From positions 53,216,174 to 53,280,173 of the forward strand of contig NC_057728.1 of the NCBI RefSeq assembly GCF_004010195.1: a DNA stretch of 64,000 nt, written 5' to 3'. Each line of letters begins with the position of its first letter. Position 1 is the first letter of the stretch. Shown here in pieces: positions 50,500-63,121 of the stretch. The position numbers were made by a program, and so were the translations under genes. This stretch comes from Chiloscyllium plagiosum (lineage: Eukaryota). A model generated the notes under the pieces. It was not told the DNA's origin and made no database searches. It saw nothing but the letters and a program-made list of their open reading frames with translations.

Positions 50500-52770
50500 C
50501 AGCTTTCAGCAAATAAGAAAATATCTAAGGGATAGACCTGCTATCCATGTTTACCTTTAAAAAATCAAAGATAGTATTGTAGTCAAAGAAAATACAAAGG
50601 TAGGTGGCAGCTTAGAAAATTGGACAGAATGTAAATAAACAAAAAAACTTCCTAAATGTTTAATTAGAAGGGAAAAGTTAAAGTATGAGAGAAGGTCAAC
50701 CCAAAAAATATAAAAACAGACAGGAAAGGTTTCTTTGAATATTTAAAAGGAAGAGACTTAACAAAGTGACTGTTGACCTGTTAGAAACTGATTCTCGGGA
50801 ATTAATAATGAAGAATAAAGAGATGCCAGGCAGATTGAACAGATATTTTGTGCCAGTCTTCACTAGAGATGATGCAAATAACCAAAACTAGCTGTAACTC
50901 AGAAAGAGAAAGGGAGGGAGGAACTCAATAAAATTTCAATTACCAAGGTAGTATACTCAGTAAATTGATGGAACTGCAAGTTGTTAAGTCCCCAGTATCA
51001 GATGGATTTCGTTTAGGGTCTGAAAAATAATAGCTAAAATAGTTGATGTATTGGTTTTAATTTTCCAAAATTCATTAGATTCAGGGAAGGTTCTTTAGAT
51101 TAGAAAATAGCTAATAGGACTCCTTTATTCAAAAAGGCAGGGAGCTTTGAGTCCTGCCACAGCAATTGATTGAATTTGAATTTAATACAAAATCTGGAGT
51201 TAAGAGTCTAATGGTGACCTTGAGTCCACTGTCAGAAAAACCTAACTTGTTCAATAATGTCCTTTAAGCAAGAAAACTGCCATCCTTACCTAGTCGGGCC
51301 TGCGAGTGACTCCACATTGACAGCAATGTAGCTGTCTCTTAACTGCCCTCTGGGCAATTAGAGATTAGCAATAGATGCTGGCCTAGCCAGTGATGCATTC
51401 ATCCTGTGAATGAATATATTAAAAACATCCACAGGCCAGTTAGCTTAACATGTGTCACAGGGAAAATATTAGAAGCTATTATTAAAGACATTATAACAGT
51501 ACAATTCGATAAGTTCAAGCCAATCAGACAGAGCCAACATGGTATTGGTAAAAGGGGAAAACATGTTTAGTTGATTTATGGTAGTTCCTTGAAGAATTAA
51601 CTTGTGCCGTAGAGAAAGGGGAACCTGTGTATGTACTGTATTTAGATTTCCAGAAGGCATTTAATAAGATTCTACATCAAAGTTTATTGTGAAAATAAAA
51701 GCTCATGATGTAGAAGATAACATATAGGCAAGGATTGGCTTGCTAACAGGAAGCAGACAGGAATAAGTGGATCTTTTACAGGCTGGCAGGATGTCATGAG
51801 TGGTGTGCATTGGGGGGTCAATGCTAGGACTTCAACACTTTACAATTTACATCAATGATTTGGATAAAGGGATCAAAGGTATTGTAGCTAAATTTACTGA
51901 TGCTGCACACATAGGTAGGAAAGTGAATTGTGAAGGGGACTAAAGGAGCTTACAAAGGGATATAGATATGGAGTACACATGGGGAAAGTGGGAAATTGTC
52001 CATTTTGGCAAAAGTAATTGATAAGAAGAAGATGATCTAAATGGTGAAAGATAGCAGAGCTCTAAAATGCAGAAAGATCTAGGTGTCCTGGTGCATGAAT
52101 CATAGAAGTTTAAGTGTGCAGGTACAGCAAGTAATCAGGAAAGCTCATAGAATGTTCTGGTTTATTGCAAGCAGAATTGAATGCAAGAGTAGAGAGATTA
52201 TGCTTCAGTTATACAGGGCATTGGTGAGACCGCAACTAGAATGGAGCATACTTTACTGGTCACTGTATTTATGGAAGGATATTAATGTGTTAAAAGCAGT
52301 TTACAGAAGGTTTACTGGACACTAACTGGAATGTACAGATTGACTTATGAGAAAAGATCAGACAAGACTAGGTCTGTATCCTCTGGCGTTTGGAAGAGTC
52401 AGAGGTGACTTAAATAAAACACAGGAGAGGTTTTGCCCAAATCGATATTGACCATTTTTTTTCCTCTTGTGGGAGAATCTAACAATAGGGTTCATCGCTT
52501 AAAAATAAGGGGGCACCCATTTAAAACATGGGGTTTTAAACATGGGAAACTCCCATGGGGTTATAAGTCTTTGGAATTTCCTTCCTCAAAAGGAAGTGGA
52601 TGTAGAATCTTTAAGGCAGAGATAATTAGATTCTTGATTCCCAAGGAAATGAAAGATTATTTGGGGATAAGCAGGAATGTAGAGTTGAAGTTCAAATCAG
52701 ATCAGCCATGATCTTACTGAAGGGAGAGCAGGCTTGAAGGGCTGAATGGCCTACTCTTGTTCCTTGTTAT
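50500..52770 (+). mobile_element. Old degraded CR1 with SINE insertion at ~51145-51425
   Basis: Remnants RPVSLTCV, YLDFQKAF, IYINDLD, LYRALVRPQLE and a CR1 tail. Confidence 0.8.
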
Positions 52771-52999
52771 TCATTTACTCATACTTCCAGTATCTGATGT
52801 ATTTTGCTGTTATTGAAAAATCCTGCCCAGCTTCACCTGATGTAGAATAATCTCATAGCGGGACCTAAAATATGCCCATCATTTACATATCTGGCAGTAA
52901 CTTGGAGAATGCCCGTGGAATATTGAGTTCCAGGTACAAGGCAAGCTCTTTGCAGGCATCCTTGGGCCATAGGACAGGGGTCCCCAAAATTAACTCTTT

Positions 53000-53660
53000 G
53001 TTACAACAACTTTACAGAAAATGTGCGCAAGACAATTTCTATTCTAAGTATCCTGAGGACTTTCTCAAGTAATGAGGCAAAAACTGCACTCAATAATTCA
53101 GATGTGGTCAATTGTAGAAAAACATCTTTTCTTTTATGTTCCATTCTCTATAAAGACTGGCAATATTCCATTTATCTCCCTGATCACTTGCTGCTCCTGC
53201 ATGCTAACATTTTGTGATTTGTATACCAGAGCAACCAGATTCCTCTGCAATGTGGAGTTCTGCAAACTCTCTCCAGTTAAATAACATACTGCACCTCTAT
53301 TATTCTTGTTGAAGGAGCCAAGTTCATATTTTCCCATATTACACTCACACTTGTTCATTTTCTGCTCATTCACTTGTCCTATCTAGATCACTTTGTGATG
53401 TCTTTATGTCTGCTTCACAACTTACTTTCCAATCTATCTTTGCATCATCAGCAAACTTTGCAACTCTATGTTTGGTCTTCATTTTTCCAAGTTATTTATA
53501 AAGATTGCAAATTGTTTAGGCATTAGCACTGATCCCACTCCAGAAATTACAGCTTGTCACCCAGCCAATCCCTTGCTCTGTGACTGTGGCCTTGTGTCCT
53601 TGACTTCATGACAATTGGAGACAGCCTGTCAACATTTACTCTTCATTGAGAATCTTCTAT
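53000..53660 (-). mobile_element. Old degraded CR1 fragment
   Basis: Minus-strand KFADDAK-like and QRNLVALV motifs. Confidence 0.65.
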
Positions 53661-55914
53661 GTTTCACACTTCGAGTTAATTGAGCCAATTTTGATACAAA
53701 GCCAAGAATAGCAGAGCTTACATGTTAAGACTAAGTGCATAATGTGATTTGAGTCAAGCAATTTTCTTGGTAACAGACATTCTTTGTGGCCAATCCAACA
53801 CTCACTGGCAAGGATATTACACCGAGTGTGAGATCATAAAGCAATTAGTAGTTTCTGGGCAGCAGACTATCTGTCATCATCTAACAGAAAGTGGAGGATC
53901 AGTTTGGGGCTGGGGCACTGCTATTTTTGTTGTGATACCTTGACAATCATTTTTAATAAGAGGGAGGGTGTGATGGTCAGGAGGAGCTGCACAACCATTG
54001 GGAGACATTGATCAATCAGAACTAAAATAGAAAGTGGTGGAGAAACTCCTTCAGTTCCAAAGTAGAGTAACATTGGACTCAAATGTGCTCGATCCTGCTG
54101 GGTTTCTCCAGCACTTTCTGCTTTTATTTCAGTTTTCTAACATCTGCAGTATTTTGCTTTTGTTGATCGATCTCCAAGAGGGTAGCCTAAAATATGCTGC
54201 TCATTTTCAAAAGTAAAAGCAACTTTTGTTCTAGGCAGCTATTGTGGATGCCTGTGGAATGGAGTGTTCTAGTTTTGAACTAGTCAGGCACATTCCAGCC
54301 ACCTGTAGGTCATTGGTTCTCAAAATAAGGCCTTGTTGCAGCCACTTTACTTAAAAGAAGCTCAGCACAATTTCGACTTCAGAGAATCCTGAGGTCAAAT
54401 CTCAAAGAATAACAAGGTATGTGTCTTCACCGACATTTACCCTCAATCATCATTTTTTTTTGTGGGATCTTGCTGTGCACAGATTGACTGCCAGGCTAGC
54501 TCACACTCCAACAGTGATTATACACTTCAAAATTGCCTGATTGGATGTAAAACTGTAAGATGTCCGAAGATATGGACACATGAACTTTCAAATTCTTTCT
54601 AATTAATCCTACAGGCATCTTAGAAACAAAATACAGCAAACTTTGATTGAGCTTGATAATGCATTGAAATAGTAAATGGGAATATAGGAGCAGGAACAAA
54701 CGACTTTAGAGCAGGAGCAGGAACAAACGATTTTAGACCCTTGGGTCTGTTATACCTTTCAATTAGATCATGGGAAATCCATGCCCTAGCCTTATTTCCA
54801 TATCCCTTAATAACCTTGTCTCAAAAAAACTATCAATCTCAAATTCAATATTTTCAATTGACCTAGACTTTAATAACATCTTGCGGAGAAAATTCCAGAT
54901 TTCCTTTCCTCTGTGTGAAGAAGTACTTTCTCATATCATTCTTGAGTAGCTCAACTGAAAGTTTAATGTTCTGTCGTCTTGTTCTGGGGTCCTACATGAG
55001 GGGATAAGGTTTCTGTTTATCTACCCTATCAACTCTTTTACTCATCTTAAAAACCTCATTATAGCACCTCTTAAACATCCAGGCATATTTTTGAAACAAC
55101 CTGTTCAGAAACATTATTACACACCTCTGCAGCAGATGGGACTTGAACCTGGACCTCCTGGTCCAGAGGTAGCGGCACTATCACAAGAGTTCCAAGAATA
55201 AAATTGAACCAGATAAATTTTTATGATAATGCTACATGATTACCTTTACGTTATACTTGAGAAACTATGAGCCAATGCGAGGGGTCCTCATAATTTAGAT
55301 CTGGTGTCAGAGCAAATGATTGTGTGCGGTTTGAATGCAAGTGTTAAAGCTTTCAAGTACAAAGCTTGGATTCAATCCAAATTCAGATGCTACTTCATGG
55401 CATAAGATGCGATATCCAGCTGCAGAGATAAACATCTGGTTCAAAGTGTCTCAGAAGAGATGTGCTCTGTAAAGCAAACATACAAGAAGGCTGGAATGTA
55501 AAATAGGGGCCCTGTATAAACCTTATTGAGGCACAGGTGGGAGGACACATGTTAAACTAAATGGTGCTGCTGGCATTAACAAAGTCTTCTGGTAATCAAG
55601 GAGAGCTGATCCTTAGCCCTGATGAACGAGGAGGGGGTTGCACAAGGAAGGATGTGCAATTAACTAATGAGGCCATGAGGGAGAAATTCAAATATTCAGA
55701 GGCTTTCAGCTTTCAGGTCGACCAAATGAATTGCAGAACTGCTTCAAGAATTAACTGGAGGTCAACCTATTGTGTAAGGAAGCCCAGGGACTAAGGAAGA
55801 AGCAAACTGGGACTTGCTGCCTGGAACATGACTCTAATGAAGCAACAGTCAGATCAGGAATTACAGATACTTTTTAAACGGGTTGCTTTCTGAATGCTGG
55901 AAGTCAAAGAATAG

Positions 55915-56258
55915 GGTAAATAGACAAGATCTTTTCCCTGGGGTGGGGGAGTCCAGAACAAGAGGGCATAGGTTTGGGTTGAGAGGTCAAAGATTTAAAA
56001 GGAACTGAAGGGGCAACTTTTTTCTGCAGAGAGAGGTGAGTGTATGGAATGAGCTGCCAGGGGAAGTGGTGGAGGCTGGTACAATTACAACATTTAAAAG
56101 GTATCTGGATGGATCTCTAAATAGGAAGGGTTTAGAGGATTATGGGCCAAGTGCTGGTAAATGGGATTAGATTGATTTAGGATATCTGGTTGGCATGGAT
56201 GAGTTGAACCAAAGGGTCTGTTTTCTGTGTTGTCCATCTCTATGACTCTTTGACTCTG
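55915..56258 (+). mobile_element. CR1 (HER1-like) 3' end
   Basis: Matches 14590-14896. (tgactct)n tail. Confidence 0.9.
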
Positions 56259-58274
56259 TAAAAGGGAGATTTTGTATTAGGCGAATATGCAATTGGAATT
56301 GTGGTCCACTTTAATGGTTAGACCTCATATACACAGAACCACCAAGTAGTCTGGCAGAAAACTGCTGTCTGGACACAACCTGCCAGGTTCAGGCTAATGT
56401 AGTACTGGGGTAGCCTGGAATGGTCCAGATAACCTCTCTGGAACGCAGGCGTACCTCTTCACTTCTCCTGACCCTGACAAAGTAACTTTCAGTGTATCTT
56501 TTGCAGCCTGTTCAAATTTAACCCCAACGGAACTATTTTGGGAGATGACAGATGACCTAAAATAGCATCCTTGCTGTATGTCCAGAGTCAAATTTGCATA
56601 CAAAAAAGGACCTACTCCTAAAACATTAGCAGCCCAGAACTAGATACTTGTAATAGTATCAATGTGTAGAGCCTTGACTTTAAAAGTACTATAACCATCC
56701 TATCACTGTGAATTTAAAGTTGACTCCTGTCACTGTGAAACTCTCCCAATGTGGAAACCAAAATCCTTGAAAATGGTTCCCTTGAATTGTCAGGTTGATT
56801 CATTATCCTGAGAGGGATTAAATCATCCTGACCAGAAAATACTCAACTCTTGTTGCGTTAGTTTGTTGCAAACTTCATAAGTTATCAAGCTTCATCAAGC
56901 ATTGTCAATGAAGTGTGCCAGAATAACACATACTGAGAGAGGACAATTGACGAGAGGTCATGCTTCCAGTGACGCTTTCTGGGCATGAGCATCCATGGTT
57001 AACCATTAATGACCTCATCAAGCTCGTCTGTATACATGCCGACATGACCACGTGGCTTTAAATAGATACCACAGGATGACTGTTGCTGATAGCACACCAA
57101 GAGTGGCTAATCCTGGTGGGAAAAGGAGAAGGAAAATTAATTGTGGAAAAATATTCCAGGAAAGAACCAGACAGGAAACAATGAGCAACTCCAAATTATA
57201 CTGACCTCACTTTATACGTCCTGCATGGATTGTCAACAAGACAGTAATAATGGAAAAGAACTGTAAACAGAAACTTGTGGCAAATTAAATCCCTTGTTGT
57301 TGGAAAATGTTTCTTGTTTACTTGGACAAGTACATCACTGTAATTGTCAGTTGTGTGTATCATACAATAGGAATTGTGGTAAGTTTTTAATTTAAACAAT
57401 TTCTTGTGCAAGTTGTTGACATGAAGCAAGAGACATAAATTGTAGTCTGTAGTCCTTTATACTGTGGGTTCATGAACCAAGTAGACTAATAGTCTAAGTA
57501 AAACTGAGAATTTTATATATCTTCCAGAACTCTGCAATGGTCTTGTCAGTGTGTAAGGAGCATGTGGATGGTGGGATATTGCAGCTTGCACAGTACAGCT
57601 AAGTCTGTGGGTTTCTGTTTTTAATTACTCAGATGTCTTCATATCAAGTCTTGGAATCATCAAACTGTGACTGAACGCAAGTCATTTATCCAAGCAATTT
57701 ATAAACCTGAAAGAAAAAAGCAATTCTCCATTTAAGAGTGTGCCAATCTGACCCAAAAGTTCATGAGCTTCTAAACCAAAGCCATGCCAACAAACTTGTT
57801 TCATTAAGTGTATGACATCTGGATAATAAAGCGGAATTTTATGAGGCCAAATTGCTGATTAATTTGCTCAGAAAAAGTTAGACTTATTTCAATATGTCTG
57901 AGTGCAAATGGTACTTGGTGATGCTAATCAAACTGCAGACTGAAGGTTCCTAATGGCTGGCTACTTGCCTAGGGTTTGCAATGACTTTAATCAGATTTGA
58001 CCCTTGCCCTAAATGAATGATGCTGTACAATTTGGTCATTTAGATAGTGATTCTTTAAGAAGATAAATGCACCAGAACGTTTCGACAGAGAGACAGAGAT
58101 AACTGGTAGTGGTTTAACCAGAGGGCCACCACACCTCAGGTGAGTGGAAGAGGTTGAGAAGGAAAGTACTTCATGGTAACCTCAGCTGGTGCAGGAGCTG
58201 AACCCATGATGTTAGCATTACTAACCAGCTGACTGAGCTAACCAATCCCCAGACCCTTTGACAATATGATAGTG

Positions 58275-58622
58275 GAATCATAGAATCCCTACGATGTGGA
58301 ATCAGACCATCCAACCCATCAAGTCCACACCAACTCTCTGAATAACATCCCATCCAGACCCACCCCCCTACCCTATTACCCTGCATTTCCCATGGCTAAA
58401 CTACCTAACCTGCACATCCCTGGATACTATGGGCAATTTGGCATGTCCAGTCCACCTAACCTGCACATCTTTGGACTGTGGGTGGAAACCACAGCACTCG
58501 GAAGAAACCTATGCAGACATGGGGACAATGTGCAAACTCAGGCAGTCACCCAAGGATGGAATCAAACCTGGTCCCTGGCGCTGTGAGGCAGCAGTGCTAA
58601 GCACTGAGCCACTGTGCTGCCC
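58275..58622 (-). mobile_element. HE1-like SINE
   Basis: Head, V-domain and tail on the minus strand. Confidence 0.9.
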
Positions 58623-59702
58623 ATCGTGGAAGCAAAATTAAGTCAGCCCTGTCCAAATCTATAGCTGGTCATTTCAGGCATTAAAGTTTATGATACCTTG
58701 GGGTACACAAAATGGCTTCTGGGTTTCTGACATTGCAACAATATATTGCTAGGATTAGCACTGCCTAATTCTTTTTGTAGGTTGATCTATTGAATGGGCA
58801 TAGGCAAGTGCCATCAACATCAAGGGATTAAAGTAATATCCATTTACGTTGCTCCAAATGGGTTATACCACTGTCGAATGAGCTCCTCAGTTACATTCCA
58901 GAGGCCTATGAATCAAGTTGTGGTCGATAGTATTCATAGAGAAAGCATGTGAACTAAGTAGAAGATTTGTATAAGCAATTACAGTTGTTTTGCTTATGAG
59001 TAAATTTAGAATCTCTACAGTGCAGAAAAGGCCATTCGGCTTATCAAGTCCGCACCTATCCTTCAAAGAGCATCCCACCCTGACCCCACCCCCACAATTC
59101 TGCATGGGTTTTTATTATGGGCTAACCCACCTAACCTGGACATACCTGGACACGACAGGGCAGTTTAGTATGGCCAATCTGCACAAACTGCATATCATTG
59201 GATTGTGGGAGGAAACTGGAGCAACATGCAAAAGCCCACATGGACACGGGGAGAATGTACAAATTCCACACGGACACGGGGAGAACGTGCAAATTCCACA
59301 CGGACACAGGGAGATGGTTCTGCTCGCCGAGCTGGGAATTTATGTTGCAGACGTTTCGTCCCCTGTCTAGGTGACATCCTCAGTGCTTGGGAGCCTCCTG
59401 TGAAGTGCTTCTGTGATGTTTCCTCCGGAATTTATAGTGGTTTGTCTCTGCCGCTTCCGGTTGTCAGTTCCAGCTGTCTGTTGCAGTAGTCGGTATATTG
59501 GGTCAAGGTCGATGTGCTTATTGATTTGAATCTGTGGATGAGTGCCATGCCTCTAGGAATTCCCTGGCTGTTCTCTGTTTGGCTTGTCCTATAATAGTAG
59601 TGTTGTCCCAGTCGAACTCATGTTGCTTGTAATCTGCGTGTGTGGCTACTAAGGATAGCTGGTCGTGTCATTTCGTGGCTAGTTGGTGTTCATGGATGCG
59701 GA

Positions 59703-59832
59703 NNNNNNNNNNNNNNNNNNNNNNNNNNNNNNNNNNNNNNNNNNNNNNNNNNNNNNNNNNNNNNNNNNNNNNNNNNNNNNNNNNNNNNNNNNNNNNNNNN
59801 NNNNNNNNNNNNNNNNNNNNNNNNNNNNNNNN
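59703..59832. other. Assembly gap (130 N)
   Basis: Run of N between the two arms of the fold-back PLE. Confidence 0.99.
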
Positions 59833-59885
59833 CACTATAAATGCCGGAGGAAACATCACAGAAGCGGTTCACAGGAGGCTCCCAA

Positions 59886-59925
59886 GCACTGAGGATGTCA
59901 CCTAGACAGGGGACGAAACGTCTGC
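59886..59925 (+). ncRNA. Minimal hammerhead ribozyme motif (PLE); identical mirror copy at 59347-59386 (-)
   Basis: gca-CTGAGGA-t-gtcacc-tagaca-ggggac-GAAAC-GTC-tgc. Confidence 0.8.
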
Positions 59926-60242
59926 AACACAAATTCCCAGCTCGGCGAACAGAAACACAACAACGAGCACCCGAGCTACAAATCTTCTCACAAACTTTGG
60001 ACACAGGGAGAATGTGCAAATTCCACACGGACACAGGGAGAATGTGCAAATCCCACACAGAAGATCACTTTTCAAAGAAATTAAGACAATTTTAGAAGAA
60101 GTATCTGACTCTAGAAATGGAAACTTTGGGGTTACTTTTAGATCTTCAAGTTTTGAAGTATATGTCCACAGGATTGCAAAGAAACATTAACACACATCAA
60201 CTGTTGTATCAATTGCTACCGAGTCTCAACAAGAAATTAAAC

Positions 60243-63010
60243 TGGACAGACCACCCAGCATCGATCTAGGCACTGGAAAAGACAATGACAGAAACAGCCC
60301 TGTCGATCCTGCAAAGTCCTCCTCACTAACATCTGGGGGCTAGTGCCAAAATTGGGAGAGCTGTCTCACAGGCTAGTCAAGCCACAGCCTGACATATTCA
60401 TAATCACAGAATCATACCCTACAGACAATGTCCCAGACACCACTGTCACCATCCCTGGATATGTCCTGTTCCACTGGCAGGGCAGACTCAGCAGAGATGG
60501 TGGCATAGTGGTAAACAATATGGAGGGAGTTGCCCTGGGAGTCCTCAACTTTGACTCCAGACCCTATGAGGTCTCATGGCTTCAGGTTAAACACAGGCAA
60601 GGAAACCTTCTGCTGATTACCATGTACAGTCCTCCCTCAGCTGATGAATCAGTACTCTTTCATGCTGAACAACATTTGGAGGAAGCACTGAGGATAGCAA
60701 GGGCACAAAATGTACTCTGGGTGGGGAATTTCAATGTCCACCACCAGGAGTGGCTCGGCAGCAGCTTTATTGATTAAAATGGTCAGGTCCTAAAGGACAT
60801 AGCTGTTGGACTAGGTTCATGACAAGAGGGAAAAACACACATGACCTCATCCTTACCAATCAACAGGCTGCAGATGCATCTGTCCATGATAGTATTGGCA
60901 AGAATGACCATTACACAGTCCTTGTGGAGATGAAGCCTCGCTTTCATGTTGAGATTAACAGTCATCATGTTGTGTGGCACTATCACCATGTTAAATGGGA
61001 CAGACTTTGAACAGACCTAGCAACTCAAGACTGGACATTCATGAGGTTCTGTGGGCCATCAACAGCAGCAGAATTGTACTCCAGCACAATCTGTAACCCC
61101 ATGGCCTGGCGTATTCCTCACTCAACCATTATCGGCAAGCCAGGGGATCAACCCTGGTTCAATGAAGAGTGCAGGAGGGCATGCTTGGAACACTCCCAGG
61201 TATACTCAAAATGAGGTGTCAGTTTGGTGAAGCTACCAAACAGGTTATAAAATCATGAGGGAATTGGATAGTATAAATAGACAAGGTCTTTTCCCTGGGG
61301 GTTGGGAGAGTCCAGAACGAGAGGACATAGATTTAATGTGAGAGGGGAAAGATTTAAAAGGGACCTAAGGGGCAAAGTTTAAACCTAAGTGGTGATGTGC
61401 GTATGGAATGAGCTGCCAGAGGAAGTGATGGAGGCTGATACAATTGCAGCATTTAAAAGGCATGTGGATGGATATATGAATAGGAAGGTTTTGCAGAGAT
61501 ATGGACCAAGTGCTGGCAAACGGGACAAGATTAGGTTAGGATATCTGGTTGGCATGGACGAGTTGGACTGAAGGGTCTGTTTCCGTGCTGTACATCTCTG
61601 ACTGTATGATGACTTGCATGCCAAGTGACATCAGCAGCAAGTGATCGACAGAGCTAAGCAATCCCACAGCCAATGTATCAGATGTAAGCTCTGCATCCTG
61701 CCACAACCAGCTGTGATTGATGGTGGATAATTAAACAATTCTCTGGTGGAGGACACTCCAGAAATATCTCCATCTTTAATGATAGAAGAGCCCAGCTCAT
61801 CATTGCAAACGATGAGTTGGTTGTGTCACCATAGTCTTATCAGACCATCGGGGCTATTCTGTCATTCGAGAGGAGCGATGGGTGGTGGTTTAACCTGAGG
61901 GCTACCACATCTCAGGCTAGGGAAGAGGTTGAGAAGGAGAGTCCTTCATGATAACCTCAAACCGCTGATGGGAATTGAATCCATGCTGTTGGCATGACAC
62001 TGCTCTGCGAACCAACAATCTGGCCAACTGAGCTAAACCGATTCCAACAAGCAATAAGGCTAGAGCATTCGCAGCAATCTTTAGCTAGGAATGTCAAGTG
62101 GATCATCCATCTCAGCCTGCTTCAGTGTACCCAGCATTACAAAAACCAGTCTTCAGTCAATTCGCTTTACTCCACCATTCGAAACTCTTCTAATACTGAA
62201 GCAGTCCATGTTCAAATGCAGCAAGGTCTGAACAATTGCGTAGGCTCTGGCTGACAAATGGCAAGTAACAACCACCCCACATAAATGCCCCACCATGGCC
62301 ATCTCCAATAAAAGACAACCTAACCACTACCTCTTGACATTCAATGGTGTTCCCATCACTGAATCCCCCTCTCTCAACATCCTGGGGATACCACTGACCA
62401 GGAACTCAACTGGACACACTATATAAACACAATGGCTACAAGAGCAGGTCAGAGGTTAGGAATATTGTGGCAACTAACACATCCCCTAACTGCCCAAAGA
62501 CTGTTCATTATCTACAAGGCAAGTCAGGAGTGTGATGGAAGATTCCCCATGTGCCTGGATGGGTGAAGCTCCAACAACACTCAAGAAGCTTGACACCGTC
62601 CAGGACAAATTTTGATTGCTACCACATCCACAAAATCCACGCCCCTCAACCACCGACGTTCAGTATCACCAGTTCAGTGCATTGCAGAAATTCATCACAG
62701 ATCCCCAGACAACATCGTCCAAACCCACTTCCATCAAGAAGGGCAAAGGCAGCAGATAGATGGGAATACTACCACCTGCAATTTCCCCTCCAAGCCACTT
62801 ACCATACTGACTTGGAAATATATCACTATTCCTTCACTGTTGCTAGGTCAGATTCCTGGAATTTCCTTCCTAAAGACATTGTGAGTCAACTGACAGAAAG
62901 TGGACTGCAGCAGTTCAAGAAAGCAGCTCACCACCACCTTCTCAAGGGCAACTAGGGACAAATAAAAAATGCTGGTCAGCCAGTCACACCCACATCGCTC
63001 AAGTGAATAA
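60243..63010 (+). mobile_element. CR1/L2-group LINE distinct from HER1, internally deleted; nested HER1 3' end (61245-61608) and SINE (61820-62040)
   Basis: APE endonuclease TNIWGL..KLGEL...PDIFIITES...GGIVV...WVGNFNVHH. RT C-terminal remnants LNILGI, LNWTHYIN. 3' tail. Many stops. Confidence 0.8.
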
Positions 63011-63121
63011 AACAAAATTATAACCCTTAGGTCTTGTTAACAAATTTAAAACTTTCAATCCAAGATTATTCAGATTGAATTTTCTGATTCAAGCATCCAA
63101 TATAAAAATTATGTGCTTTAT

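Larger units (their letters stand above)
59005..60060 (-). mobile_element. HE1-like SINE with 30-bp internal tandem repeats, interrupted by a fold-back Penelope element (59315-59998)
   Basis: (cacacggacacggggagaatgtgcaaattc)n. PLE TSD ggacacagggaga (59302-59314 and 59999-60011). Confidence 0.85.

Noticed and set aside
59640..60058. ORFs spanning the N run
   Set aside because: Artefacts of the assembly gap.
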